From the IMG/VR virus record IMGVR_UViG_2684622769_000003: DNA of 15,513 nt; one strand, 5' to 3'. How positions within the stretch are numbered: the stretch's first letter is position 1; each line of letters starts with the position of its first letter. The stretch comes from a virus (Duplodnaviria; Heunggongvirae; Uroviricota; Caudoviricetes). A program made the position numbers and the translations under genes. Shown here in pieces: positions 1 to 9,160 of the stretch. The notes beneath the pieces were generated by a model. It ran no database searches. It was not told the DNA's origin and saw only the letters and a program-made list of their open reading frames with translations.

Positions 1-263
1 CTCTGCACCTGCAGCCGCCGGTCGGCCTCACTCAGCCAGGGCAGACCACCGGGGTGGCTGTGGACCAGTGCCACAATCTCACCCTGCATCTCTGCCTGCA
101 GCCAGTCTTCCGGCGACATACGGAAATACGCCTCCGGCTCACCGGAGATATTCACGCAGGGGAAATATCTTTCCCCCTCCGGCGTTCTTACCACGAAGCC
201 GCACGACTCCGCTGGAGCACATCGCCGGGCGTGCGCCAGAATCGCTGATTCTGTCTCTGTCAT
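1..263 (-). CDS. K: Tail tip assembly protein K, N-terminal part (3' end lies beyond window position 1)
   Basis: Hand translation of the minus strand is open from the window edge up to an ATG at 263..261, 5 nt after the L stop. It reads MTETESAILAHARRCAPAESCGFVV...YFRMSPEDWLQAEMQGEIVALVHSHPGGLPWLSEADRRLQV, matching lambda gpK. A JAMM/MPN-type motif H-S-H-x7-S-x2-D is visible. The start I recall for the lambda annotation corresponds to the internal ATG at 119..117. Confidence 0.85.
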   Translation of the reverse strand, partial: MTETESAILAHARRCAPAESCGFVVRTPEGERYFPCVNISGEPEAYFRMSPEDWLQAEMQGEIVALVHSHPGGLPWLSEADRRLQVQ

Positions 264-268
264 GGGAT

Positions 269-967
269 TTACTGCGAAAGTTTGTTAATGGAAAGGAAGC
301 CGCCAAAGTTGCCGACGTTATTGCGAAACTTACAGCCACTCAGGCATTTGCTGCATTTATCCTTCGTGATGTCGGACGTTGGCTGGTCATATTCATCCGC
401 GACCGCCGGACCGTGATAACCGCACTCATCGCCGCGATAGGTCCAGGTGCAGGTGTTGGCCAGCATGATACGTCCCGGAAAAACAGCGCCATCTGTTTCC
501 GTCGGCGTGGACAGTACAAAAGAGGCACTCACCGCGCTCAGTTCGCTGCACTGCTCAATGCGCCAGCGGCTGATCACCTCCTGCTCCGGATCGGCGTCAC
601 TGTTTCCGTTGACGAAGTTCACCGCATCCAGAAAACGGGCGTAAACCTTACGCCGGACCACCGTTCCGCCGACCAGACTCTGTAGATCTTCCGCCATCCC
701 GGTGACCATACCGTACAGGTTAGAAACCATCAGCGTGGGGCGCGTACTGGTGCCTTTGCCATTCAGTTCAAAACCACTCCCCTGAATGGGATACGGCTGA
801 TACTGTCGCCCCTGCCAGGTGACCGGCTCACCTTTTTCGTTCTGCTCATTACAGAAAAAATAACGTTCTCCACCGACCTCTGTCAGATCGATTTCCCAGA
901 GCACCACGCTGGCCGACTGCTCCGCACGGGTGCATTCATTCAGTGTTTCCTGCCGGATATCCTGCAT
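269..967 (-). CDS. L: Tail tip assembly protein L
   Basis: ORF track 269..967, 232 aa, same length as lambda gpL; C-terminal Cys cluster (CSKCLSGC); start ATG at 967..965 overlaps the M stop. Confidence 0.93.
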   Translation of the reverse strand: MQDIRQETLNECTRAEQSASVVLWEIDLTEVGGERYFFCNEQNEKGEPVTWQGRQYQPYPIQGSGFELNGKGTSTRPTLMVSNLYGMVTGMAEDLQSLVGGTVVRRKVYARFLDAVNFVNGNSDADPEQEVISRWRIEQCSELSAVSASFVLSTPTETDGAVFPGRIMLANTCTWTYRGDECGYHGPAVADEYDQPTSDITKDKCSKCLSGCKFRNNVGNFGGFLSINKLSQ

Positions 968-1296
968 CAGTTCACCACCTGTTCAAACTCTGCGCTGAAC
1001 TCAACACGCAGCATACTGACCCGCGACGACCATTTTGCGCAGGTCACCTTTATCTGCCGCCACTCATAAGGCGGCGTCCACAGAAAGGCTTTCCAGCCCC
1101 CGTGCTCTTCCAGAAACGACTCCAGTACCATGGCCTCCTCACGGGGGACAGAAAGCGTCACGCTGTACGTTTTCAGGTTGGCATTCAGCCCGGCAGGCGC
1201 TCGCTGGGAATAGCCATCACCAAAGCGCACCTTTCTTACAGAAGGGGCCGAAGCCACATCCATACCGGGTTTCACTTTCCAGCGGAAGGTTTTCAT
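967..1296 (-). CDS. M: Tail tip protein M
   Basis: ORF track 967..1296, 109 aa, matches lambda gpM (MKTFRWKVKPGMDVASAP...); start ATG 1296..1294 overlaps the H stop. Confidence 0.93.
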   Translation of the reverse strand: MKTFRWKVKPGMDVASAPSVRKVRFGDGYSQRAPAGLNANLKTYSVTLSVPREEAMVLESFLEEHGGWKAFLWTPPYEWRQIKVTCAKWSSRVSMLRVEFSAEFEQVVN

Positions 1297-3848
1297 CGTC
1301 CACCTCCGGAGAACAGGCCACCATCACGCATCTGTGTCTGAATTTCATCACGGGCACCCTTGCGGGCCATGTCATACACGGCCTTCATCATCTGTGGACC
1401 TGGCAGACCATTCGTACCGTCGTTCTGAATCACCACGTGATTGTTCTGATTAAAATTAATGCCTTCAGCCCGCCGCATCTGCGCCGGACTTCCGGCACCG
1501 CCCACATAACCACCTTCCGCATAGCCGCGCATCAGCCGGTAGAGATTCCCCACGCCAATCCGGCTGGTTGCCTCCTTCGTGANNNNNNNNNNNNNNNNNN
1601 NNNNNNNNNNNNNNNNNNNNNNNNNNNNNNNNNNNNNNNNNNNNNNNNNNNNNNNNNNNNNNNNNNNNNNNNNNNNNNNNNNNNNNNNNNNNNNNNNNNN
1701 NNNNNNNNNNNNNNNNNNNNNNNNNNNNNNNNNNNNNNNNNNNNNNNNNNNNNNNNNNNNNNNNNNNNNNNNNNNNNNNNNNNNNNNNNNNNNNNNNNNN
1801 NNNNNNNNNNNNNNNNNNNNNNNNNNNNNNNNNNNNNNCAGCATCGCCGCCATATTCTGTGCAATACCATCAAAGGTCTGCGTGGCTGCACTTTTAACCT
1901 GTGACATACTGTCCGTGGCGCTCTCTTCCCACTCACTCCAGCCGGACTTCAGGCCTGCCATCCAGCTCCCGCGAAGCTGGTCTTCAGCCGCCCAGGTCTT
2001 TTTCTGCTCTGACATGACGTTATTCAGCGCCAGAGGATTATCGCCATACTGTTCCTTCAGGCGCTGTTCCGTGGCTTCCCGCGCTGCCTGCCGGTCAGTC
2101 AGCCCCCGGTTTTTCGCATCAATGGCTGCCCGTTTTGCCCGTTGCTGCTGTGCGAATTTATCCGCCTGCTGCGCCAGCGCATTCAGGTGCTCCTGATACG
2201 TAACCTTGTCACCAAGTGCAGCCAGCTGGCGTTTGTACTCCAGCGTCTCGTCTTTATGCGCCAGCAGGGATTTCTCCTGTGCGGACAGCTGGCGACGTTG
2301 TGCCGCCTCCTCCAGTACCGCGAACTGACTTTCTGCCTTCCACAAATCCCGGCGCTGCTGGCTGATTTTCTCATTCGCTCCGGCATGCTTCTCCAGCGTC
2401 CGGAGTTCTGCCTGAAGCGTCAGCAGGGCCGCATGAGCACTGTCTTCCTGACGATCGCCCGCATACACCTTCACGCCGGACTGTTTCGGCTTTTTCAGCG
2501 TCGCTTCATAATCCTTTTTCGCCGCCGCCATCAGCGTGTTGTAATCTGCCTGCAGGATTTTTCCGTCTTTCAGTGCCTTGTTCAGTTCTTCCTGACGGGC
2601 GGTATATTTCTCCAGCGGCGTCTGCAGCCGTTCGTAAGCCTTCTGCGCCTCTTCGGTATATTTCAGCCGTGACGCTTCGGTATCGCTCTGCTGCTGCGCA
2701 TTTTTGTCCTGTTGACGCTGTTGATCTACCCTCTTTTGGGCTGCATCCCGCTCCAGGCGTTTTTTTTCACGATCATCCCAGTAACGCGCCCGTGCTTCAT
2801 CGTTAACGAAATAATCATCCTTGCGCAGATTCCAGATGTCGTCTGCTTTCTTAAACGCAGCCTCTGCCTTAATCAGCATCTCCTGCGCGGTATCAGGACG
2901 ACCAATATCCAGCACCGCATCCCACATGGATTTGAATGCACGTGCAGTCCTGTCTGCCCAGGTCTCCAGCGTGCCCATGTTCTCTTTCAGGCGGCGGGTC
3001 TGGTCATCAAACCCTTTCGTTGCGGCCTCGTTCGCCGCCTGCAATGCCCCGGCTTCATCGCCGGAACGCTGCAACTGAGCAACATACGCAATCTGCTCCG
3101 CCGTCACGTTATGGAACTGGCGTGCCATCGCCGTCAGCCCCGACGTCGGGTCTGTGGTCAGCTTCCCGAAGGCTTCAGCGACCTTGTCCACCTCCACGCC
3201 GGATGCATAGGAGAAACGCGCCACACTCTGGCTGATGGACGCAATCTGAGCCTCACCGCTTACCCCCGCCTTAACCAGTGCGCTGAGTGACTCGCTGGTC
3301 TGGTTAAACGTCAGCCCTGCCGCCTGCCCGGCTCTGGACAGGACCAGCATACGATCTGCCGTCAGTCCCGCCTGATTACCGGAAAGGACCAGCGTTTTGT
3401 TGAAATCGGACAGGGTTGAGTTGCCCTGATACCAGGCATACGCCAGCGCACCGGTCGCCACCGCCAGCGAGGTGGCCCCCACCATCGGCAGGGTGATCGC
3501 GCCGGCAAGCCCCCTGAACATGGGGATCATCCCGCCGAAGGAGTCCTTAACCTGACCACCCTGTTGCAGCAGGATCAGCCAGGGATTCTGCCCCCCTGCA
3601 AGCTGCGTGGCCACGTCGGTGAACTGTGCAGGCAGCATACGCATGGCGGCTTTATACTGCCCGACGGAAATCCCCGCTTTCTGTGCAGCCAGCGCCTGTC
3701 GGCTCAGCGACTGTTCAACGACTGCCGCTGTTTTTTTCGCATCACTTTCCGTACCGGAAAAATGACGCCTGACTCTGGCCATCTGCTCGTCAAATCTGGC
3801 CGCATCCAGACTCAAATCAACGACCAGATCGCCTACCGGTTCAGCCAT
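1293..3848 (-). CDS. H: Tail tape measure protein H, interrupted by an N-run
   Basis: ORF track 1293..3848, 851 codons including X positions; N- and C-terminal parts match lambda gpH (MAEPVGDLVVDLSLDAARFDEQ... / ...KAVYDMARKGARDEIQTQMRDGGLFSGGGR); coiled-coil-like Q/A/K/E-rich middle; the frame is consistent across the 256-nt gap. Confidence 0.92.
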   Translation of the reverse strand: MAEPVGDLVVDLSLDAARFDEQMARVRRHFSGTESDAKKTAAVVEQSLSRQALAAQKAGISVGQYKAAMRMLPAQFTDVATQLAGGQNPWLILLQQGGQVKDSFGGMIPMFRGLAGAITLPMVGATSLAVATGALAYAWYQGNSTLSDFNKTLVLSGNQAGLTADRMLVLSRAGQAAGLTFNQTSESLSALVKAGVSGEAQIASISQSVARFSYASGVEVDKVAEAFGKLTTDPTSGLTAMARQFHNVTAEQIAYVAQLQRSGDEAGALQAANEAATKGFDDQTRRLKENMGTLETWADRTARAFKSMWDAVLDIGRPDTAQEMLIKAEAAFKKADDIWNLRKDDYFVNDEARARYWDDREKKRLERDAAQKRVDQQRQQDKNAQQQSDTEASRLKYTEEAQKAYERLQTPLEKYTARQEELNKALKDGKILQADYNTLMAAAKKDYEATLKKPKQSGVKVYAGDRQEDSAHAALLTLQAELRTLEKHAGANEKISQQRRDLWKAESQFAVLEEAAQRRQLSAQEKSLLAHKDETLEYKRQLAALGDKVTYQEHLNALAQQADKFAQQQRAKRAAIDAKNRGLTDRQAAREATEQRLKEQYGDNPLALNNVMSEQKKTWAAEDQLRGSWMAGLKSGWSEWEESATDSMSQVKSAATQTFDGIAQNMAAMLXXXXXXXXXXXXXXXXXXXXXXXXXXXXXXXXXXXXXXXXXXXXXXXXXXXXXXXXXXXXXXXXXXXXXXXXXXXXXXXXXXXXXXTKEATSRIGVGNLYRLMRGYAEGGYVGGAGSPAQMRRAEGINFNQNNHVVIQNDGTNGLPGPQMMKAVYDMARKGARDEIQTQMRDGGLFSGGGR
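1583..1838. other. Run of 256 N (unsequenced or masked) inside H
   Basis: Literal n characters in the sequence. Confidence 1.
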
Positions 3849-4281
3849 ACCGGACTCCTCCTGCGATCCCTTCTGATACTGTCATCAGCATTACGTCATC
3901 CTCCGTCATGTCCGCCACATCCGGGGAAGCGGGGATAACTTCATTCCCGTCCGGGCCAAAGCGGACACCTCCGGCAAGCCCTGCCGCTTTCTGCATCAGC
4001 ACATCATCTTCAGGCTCTTCGTCAGCCTCGCGCCGGTTCAGCAGACTGAAATCCAGCGGATGCATCTCCGGATCGCTGAAAAACAGGCTGAGCACGGTGT
4101 ACGTCAGCCCGGAAAAGTGCATATCCAGCAGAACATCATGAAAATAATGGGTACTGTAAAAGCGGTGCCAGTCGGCATACTCCGTGGATGACATCCCGGC
4201 AAGCATGGCGCGCCAGTCGGGTCGCCCCATCTCACGCGCCAGTTTCAGGGCAAAACTCAGCTCACCGTCGAACACTTTCCC
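3841..4281 (-). CDS. T: T reading frame: C-terminal extension of the gpG-T fusion, reached by a -1 programmed frameshift near the end of G
   Basis: ORF track 3841..4275 (-1 frame relative to G), translation matches the lambda T segment of gpGT; ends 5 nt before the H start; slippery heptamer lies at the G/T junction. Confidence 0.85.
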   Translation of the reverse strand, partial: GKVFDGELSFALKLAREMGRPDWRAMLAGMSSTEYADWHRFYSTHYFHDVLLDMHFSGLTYTVLSLFFSDPEMHPLDFSLLNRREADEEPEDDVLMQKAAGLAGGVRFGPDGNEVIPASPDVADMTEDDVMLMTVSEGIAGGVRYG

Positions 4282-4679
4282 GCAGAAACAGGCTCTGCAG
4301 GCCCGGCGTCCTCTGCCTGTTCAGGAGCATCATTCACCACAAACTCATACATACCGGACAGCCGGTACACCACGTTTTCAGCATGAGAAATTGCCTCTGT
4401 GGGCCAGGTGGTAAGCACTTCCTGCTCAATCTGTTTAACGGCTTCATTCATGGACGGCATCTGCGTCTTCTTCGGATGGTTATGCCACAGGGACATCGCA
4501 ACCACAAAAGCGCCGGTTCTGATGGCGTCTTCCACAGTAAACTTCCGGTTGCTGTCTGACTCCGCCTGTTCTGCCTGCCGTTTCATCAGGTCGAGATGCT
4601 CAATACGCTGCAGGGCTGACAGTTCAGAAAGCGTGACGGTCACACCGTTATGTTCAAATGATTCGGTTTTCAGGAACAT
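4257..4679 (-). CDS. G: Tail assembly chaperone G
   Basis: ORF track 4257..4679, 140 aa, matches lambda gpG (MFLKTESFEHNGVTVTLSELSALQRIEHL...); ATG at 4679..4677. Confidence 0.93.
   Translation of the reverse strand: MFLKTESFEHNGVTVTLSELSALQRIEHLDLMKRQAEQAESDSNRKFTVEDAIRTGAFVVAMSLWHNHPKKTQMPSMNEAVKQIEQEVLTTWPTEAISHAENVVYRLSGMYEFVVNDAPEQAEDAGPAEPVSAGKCSTVS
4275..4281 (-). promoter_or_regulatory. -1 programmed ribosomal frameshift slippery heptamer G GGA AAG (plus strand reads ctttccc)
   Basis: Heptamer read directly at 4275..4281, positioned at the last codons of G (..AGK..) where the T frame becomes open; this is the known lambda G-T frameshift mechanism. Confidence 0.8.
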
Positions 4680-4694
4680 CGCTGACTCTCCGGA

Positions 4695-5435
4695 TTAACT
4701 GGCGGTGACGTTGATTTCTGCAACCGCAGCAAACTCACCATTACCAGATACGACCGGAATGTTGACCTTGCCTGCAGCAACACCTTTCACGGTGATGGTC
4801 ATACCACTGACCGACACGGTGGCTTTTGTTTTATCCGCAGACACCGCACGGAAGCTCTTGTCGGTTGCGCCATCCGGCTGGAATGCCACGGTCAGCGTGG
4901 TGCTCTGCCCTTTCACTACGGAAGCACTGGCGGGTGTCACCGTCATGCCGGTCGTCGCCGTCACCGTGCTGCGATCTTCTGCCATCGACGGACGTCCCAC
5001 ATTGGTGACCTTCACCGTGCGGGTAATCACCTCCTTCGCCGTCACCGCCTTACCGATACTGCTGACCCAGCCACGGAACACATCGACCGTGCCGTTCGGG
5101 AAGCGGATTTTATAGGCACGGGTATCACCTTCATTAAACCACGCCAGCAGCGCCTGCTGCCCCTGCTCTCCGGGCATCCACGCCAGCGTGAAGCTGGTAT
5201 CTCCGGCAGATTTCTGCCCCTGCCCGGTCGCAGTCCAGTCTGCATCTTCATCATCGAGATAGCTGTCGTCATAGGACTCAGCGGTCAGTTCGCCGGGCGT
5301 CAGGTCTTTAACTTTTGCCAGACGCGACCAGTCAACGTCTGAAAGCGGGTTCGCATAAGGGTCACCGCTCCCCTTATAAACCCACAGGGTGGTCCCGGCA
5401 CCTTTCACCGGCATTGTAGGATTTGGTACAGGCAT
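4695..5435 (-). CDS. V: Major tail tube protein V
   Basis: ORF track 4695..5465; the lambda-type start [22 protein letters not shown] is the ATG at 5435..5433, giving 246 aa as in lambda gpV; C-terminal Ig-like region present. Confidence 0.93.
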   Translation of the reverse strand: MPVPNPTMPVKGAGTTLWVYKGSGDPYANPLSDVDWSRLAKVKDLTPGELTAESYDDSYLDDEDADWTATGQGQKSAGDTSFTLAWMPGEQGQQALLAWFNEGDTRAYKIRFPNGTVDVFRGWVSSIGKAVTAKEVITRTVKVTNVGRPSMAEDRSTVTATTGMTVTPASASVVKGQSTTLTVAFQPDGATDKSFRAVSADKTKATVSVSGMTITVKGVAAGKVNIPVVSGNGEFAAVAEINVTAS

Positions 5436-5442
5436 AGCGTCC

Positions 5443-5838
5443 TCACATTTCATAGATAATGACATAAGTCAGATCGGCTGAACTCCACAGGCCCGCATCA
5501 TCGTCGCGCCGGTAGTCATAGCCGCTGGCCACCATACTGGTGATCAAATCTGACAGTGCCGGGATATCGCTCATCACAGGATAAATCCGGGACTCCATCC
5601 ACGAATCCAGCTCTGAATCCGGCACCTGAGCAGGCAGGAAAACTTCAATATGCAGCTCCGCCTGCCAGGTATCGCTGTCCAGCTCTTCGCCCGTGTATTC
5701 AGCGCCGGTGAGATAAACGGCAATTGCCGGAAAATCTTCCTCATCAAAAACAGCGGGGCGACCATCAAAAAGCGTCGCCCCGGTGTCATGCTTCTCCAGT
5801 GCATCCAGTACGGCTGCACGGAGTTCAGTATGTTTCAT
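5443..5838 (-). CDS. U: Tail terminator protein U
   Basis: ORF track 5443..5838, 131 aa, matches lambda gpU ([37 protein letters not shown]...). Confidence 0.93.
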   Translation of the reverse strand: MKHTELRAAVLDALEKHDTGATLFDGRPAVFDEEDFPAIAVYLTGAEYTGEELDSDTWQAELHIEVFLPAQVPDSELDSWMESRIYPVMSDIPALSDLITSMVASGYDYRRDDDAGLWSSADLTYVIIYEM

Positions 5839-6413
5839 CGCTTTATTACCATTCTCAGTTGATGCTGCAGCGCATAGCCCAGCTCTTTCGGAAGACGTTC
5901 ACGCCGTATCCGTTCAATATTCTGTTTAAACGCCGTGGTCAGCGGCACCGCCATCGGGATTTTCACCACATCAATGGGGTAACGGTTTTTCCCGGCCACA
6001 CGCTGCATAACATGCCACCGGCCGTTTTTCAGTTGCTGAATAAACGCGCCGGGAATACGACGGTTACCCACCACAAGCACGCTGCCGCCACCTTTCAGGG
6101 ATGAACGCTGCCCCTTTTTATGACGCCTGCGGCGGGACAGGACAACCCGCGCATTACCCAGCTTGATTACGGGCAAATCCCCCCGGTTAACTTTGATTCT
6201 GGCCTGCGGATTTTTGACCGTGGCCCTTTTCAGCCTGGCCCTTTCCTTTACCAGTTTCCGGCGTACCTTTGTCTCACGGGCAACCTGTGACGCAGACTGC
6301 GATATCGCGGATGAAGCAACGCGGTTAATGGCCATTGCGGCGGCACCGGGCACCGCCGTTTTGCTGATACGGCTGAGGTTTTCAACGGCCTGCTCAAGAC
6401 CTTTTATGGCCAT
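5835..6413 (-). CDS. Z: Tail completion protein Z
   Basis: ORF track 5835..6413, 192 aa, matches lambda gpZ; 4-nt overlap with the U start. Confidence 0.92.
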   Translation of the reverse strand: MAIKGLEQAVENLSRISKTAVPGAAAMAINRVASSAISQSASQVARETKVRRKLVKERARLKRATVKNPQARIKVNRGDLPVIKLGNARVVLSRRRRHKKGQRSSLKGGGSVLVVGNRRIPGAFIQQLKNGRWHVMQRVAGKNRYPIDVVKIPMAVPLTTAFKQNIERIRRERLPKELGYALQHQLRMVIKR

Positions 6414-6424
6414 ACATCCCCCTT

Positions 6425-6778
6425 TCAGCGGCGACGGTTAACGGCAGGCGGTACGCCCCGTCCAAGCCAGAGATGACAACTTCCGCCATCATCCGGCGAA
6501 ACCCGATCTACCCAGAAATTTTCCTCACCGATGGTCAGCGTGTCTCCACGCCGCAGCTGCCGCACCTCATCAGTCCGGACAAACAGGGACGGGCTGGAGC
6601 CTTCAACGCGCACGCCCTGTCCGGCATAGCTGATATTTTCAGGGTCATCAAAAACACCACGTATCACCGCACCTGACTGCTCACCGGATGTCATGGTGGC
6701 TGACGTTCCCATGTACCCGCGTATCGTTTCATCGGCGCGGGCAATGGCAGCATCGAACAGGTTATCGAAATCAGCCAC
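6425..6778 (-). CDS. FII: Head-tail connector protein FII
   Basis: ORF track 6425..6778, 117 aa (MADFDNLFDAAIARADETIRGYMG...), matches lambda gpFII; the start codon is GTG. Confidence 0.92.
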   Translation of the reverse strand: MADFDNLFDAAIARADETIRGYMGTSATMTSGEQSGAVIRGVFDDPENISYAGQGVRVEGSSPSLFVRTDEVRQLRRGDTLTIGEENFWVDRVSPDDGGSCHLWLGRGVPPAVNRRR

Positions 6779-6789
6779 AGCGCCTCCCG

Positions 6790-7188
6790 TTATTGCATTC
6801 TGGCCAGGCCGCGCTCTGTCATTTCGGCTGCCACACCGGCAGAGACACGAAACGCCGTTCCCGGCAGCACAAATGCCACAGGTTTATCCCGCGTGGCGTG
6901 AAGTGCATCAGTATGCAGCGTCACCAGTGCCACGACCGTGACCAGTTCAGCCGTATCCTGAATCACGGTATCCGGCTGCGCTGATACCACCTCATTTTCA
7001 TGCCCGGTCAGCACATTTTCCCGGCTGAGAGGGGTGTCCTGACCGGCAGTTTCATCCGTGTCATCAAGCTCTTCTTCCAGCTCTGCCACACGAAGCGCCA
7101 GTTCTTCTTTCGTTCCCGTCAAACTGACATCGCGGTTCAATTGCTCACCCAGCTCCTGAAGACGGGCAATCAGTTCATCTTTCGTCAT
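6790..7188 (-). CDS. FI: DNA packaging / head assembly protein FI
   Basis: ORF track 6790..7227; the lambda-type start MTKDELIARLQELGEQL is the ATG at 7188..7186, giving 132 aa as in lambda gpFI. Confidence 0.9.
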   Translation of the reverse strand: MTKDELIARLQELGEQLNRDVSLTGTKEELALRVAELEEELDDTDETAGQDTPLSRENVLTGHENEVVSAQPDTVIQDTAELVTVVALVTLHTDALHATRDKPVAFVLPGTAFRVSAGVAAEMTERGLARMQ

Positions 7189-7229
7189 GAACTCCTCCAC
7201 AGAGAGAAAATGGCCCCGAAGGGCCATGA

Positions 7230-8255
7230 TTACGCCAGTTGAACGGACACGAACTCATCAGGATCAGCCAGCAGCATCAGCGGTGCTGACTGAATCATGG
7301 TGAACTCACGCGCCGGATCGCCGGTGGTCACCCAGTTTTTCGGGTAACGGGCAGAAGCGTTAATGCCTTCGCGCTGTGCGTCCGCATCCTGAATGCAGCC
7401 ATAGGTGCGCAGACCGCGAGCCTGAGTGTTCCCCAGCACCATCGTGTTGTCCGGCAGGAAGTTCTTTTTGACGCCGTTTTCCACGTACTGTCCGGAATAC
7501 ACGACGATGGCCACATCGCCATACATTCCCTTATAGGACACCGCTTTGCCCAGGTCTTTTACCGCTGTCTCCAGCTCGGAATGAGAGCCGCGACGGGTAT
7601 CCAGCTTCTCCTTGACGGCTTTGAAGGAACGGAACAGCGCCCAGCCTTTCGGGTCAAACACGATGATATTCACCACACCGCTGGCGTTCAGCGCGTAGGC
7701 TTCGATATCGTCGGTCGGGTCATACGTGGACTTGTCACGCTTGCTCCACTCCGTGACGCCGGACTGTGTGATGTTGTTCGCCGCACTGCGGCCCATATCC
7801 ACCTCAACCGGATCGAAGGCTTCACCGGTCATGGTGTATTTGCCCTTGAGCACGGCAGAAACTGCCTGCATCTCTTCGACCTGAGCAATGGCCAGCTCTT
7901 CGTCACGCATGTTCTGCATGATGATGCGACGGCGGCGGTAAGCCGGGTCCGCCAGATTCTGCGGATCTTCATCCGGCAGGCGACGCAGGGTCATCTGCGG
8001 ATTCACCTCATGCTTGGGTTTGACATATCCCGGCGTAAATTCAGAGGTGGAGCCGCCACGGGAACGGATAACCTCACCGGAAACAATCGGCGAAACGTAC
8101 AGCGCCATGTTTACCAGTCCCGGAATTTGTGAGAGATAGACTTTCTCCGTAGTGAAGGGATAGCTCTCACGGAAAAAGAGACGCAGAAACAGCGGATCAA
8201 ACTTAAATTTCTGCTCATTTGCCGCCAGCAGCTGGGCGGTTGTGTACATCGACAT
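7230..8255 (-). CDS. E: Major capsid protein E
   Basis: ORF track 7230..8282; the lambda-type start MSMYTTAQLLAANEQKFKFDPLF is the ATG at 8255..8253, giving 341 aa as in lambda gpE. Confidence 0.94.
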   Translation of the reverse strand: MSMYTTAQLLAANEQKFKFDPLFLRLFFRESYPFTTEKVYLSQIPGLVNMALYVSPIVSGEVIRSRGGSTSEFTPGYVKPKHEVNPQMTLRRLPDEDPQNLADPAYRRRRIIMQNMRDEELAIAQVEEMQAVSAVLKGKYTMTGEAFDPVEVDMGRSAANNITQSGVTEWSKRDKSTYDPTDDIEAYALNASGVVNIIVFDPKGWALFRSFKAVKEKLDTRRGSHSELETAVKDLGKAVSYKGMYGDVAIVVYSGQYVENGVKKNFLPDNTMVLGNTQARGLRTYGCIQDADAQREGINASARYPKNWVTTGDPAREFTMIQSAPLMLLADPDEFVSVQLA

Positions 8256-8310
8256 AAAAAAATCCCGTAAAAAAAGCCACACAGGCGGCCTTTAGTGATG
8301 AAGGGTAAAG

Positions 8311-8643
8311 TTAAACGATGCTGATTGCCGTTCCGGCAAACACGGTCCGTTTTTTCGTCTCGTCGCTGGCAGCCTCCGGCCAGAGCACATCCTCATAACG
8401 GAACGTGCCGGACTTGTAGAACGTCAGTGTGGTGCTGGTCTGGTCAGCAGCAACCGCAAGAATGCCAACGGCAGCACCGTCGGTGGTGCCATCCCACGCA
8501 ACCAGCTTACGGGTGGAGGTGTCCAGCATCAGCGGGGTCATTGCAGGCGCTTTCGCACTCAATCCGCCGGGCGCGGTTGCGGTATGAGCCGGGTCACTAT
8601 TGCCCAGCGGCTGGTAATGGGTAAAGGTTTCTTTGCTCGTCAT
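8311..8643 (-). CDS. D: Capsid decoration protein D
   Basis: ORF track 8311..8649; the start [12 protein letters not shown] is the ATG at 8643..8641, giving 110 aa as in lambda gpD. Confidence 0.94.
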   Translation of the reverse strand: MTSKETFTHYQPLGNSDPAHTATAPGGLSAKAPAMTPLMLDTSTRKLVAWDGTTDGAAVGILAVAADQTSTTLTFYKSGTFRYEDVLWPEAASDETKKRTVFAGTAISIV

Positions 8644-8652
8644 AAACATCCC

Positions 8653-9160
8653 TTACACTGGTGTGTTCAGCAAATCGTTAACGGCATCAGATGCCGGGTT
8701 ACCTGCAGCCAGCGGTGCCGGTGCCCCCTGCATCAGACGATCCAGCGCAGTGTCACTGCGCGTCTGTGCACTCTGTGGTGCTGCGNNNNNNNNNNNNNNN
8801 NNNNNNNNNNNNNNNNNNNNNNNNNNNNNNNNNNNNNNNNNNNNNNNNNNNNNNNNNNNNNNNNNNNNNNNNNNNNNNNNNNNNNNNNNNNNNNNNNNNN
8901 NNNNNNNNNNNNNNNNNNNNNNNNNNNNNNNNNNNNNNNNNNNNNNNNNNNNNNNNNNNNNNNNNNNNNNNNNNNNNNNNNNNNNNNNNNNNNNNNNNNN
9001 NNNNNNNNNNNNNNNNNNNNNNNNNNNNNNNNNNNNNNNNNNNNNNNNNNNNNNNNNNNNNNNNNNNNNNNNNNGCAGCCTCGGTATCCAGCACAGCCTG
9101 CACGGACAGGCCGGTATATGCCGACACCTTCTGTGCAAACATCCGGCGGGTTGCATCCAT
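8653..9160 (-). CDS. nu3: Scaffolding protein Nu3, translated from an internal in-frame start within C; interrupted by the same N-run
   Basis: An ATG at 9160..9158 is in the C frame at C residue 239 (MDATRRMFAQKVSAYTGLSVQAVLDTEA...), where the lambda Nu3 start falls; shares the C stop at 8653. Confidence 0.75.

Noticed and set aside
139-528. Minus-strand ORFs 139..339 and 340..528 and plus-strand ORFs 68..685 and 447..644
   Set aside because: Alternative frames overlapping the confidently assigned K and L genes.
1035-1904. ORFs whose translations contain long X runs (1035..1904, 1532..1936, 1579..2196, 8584..9249, 8633..9196, 8691..9206, 10461..10892, 10555..11100)
   Set aside because: These are open only because N-runs cannot contain stop codons; the sequenced parts overlap known genes in the wrong frame.
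2142-2672. Long plus-strand ORFs antisense to H (for example 2142..2672, 2712..3290, 2936..3235)
   Set aside because: They lie entirely within the recognisable minus-strand tape measure gene; long shadow ORFs are expected on the opposite strand of GC-rich coding sequence, and the translations are low-complexity.
7581-8132. Plus-strand 183-aa ORF antisense to capsid gene E
   Set aside because: Shadow ORF inside the major capsid gene; no independent support.
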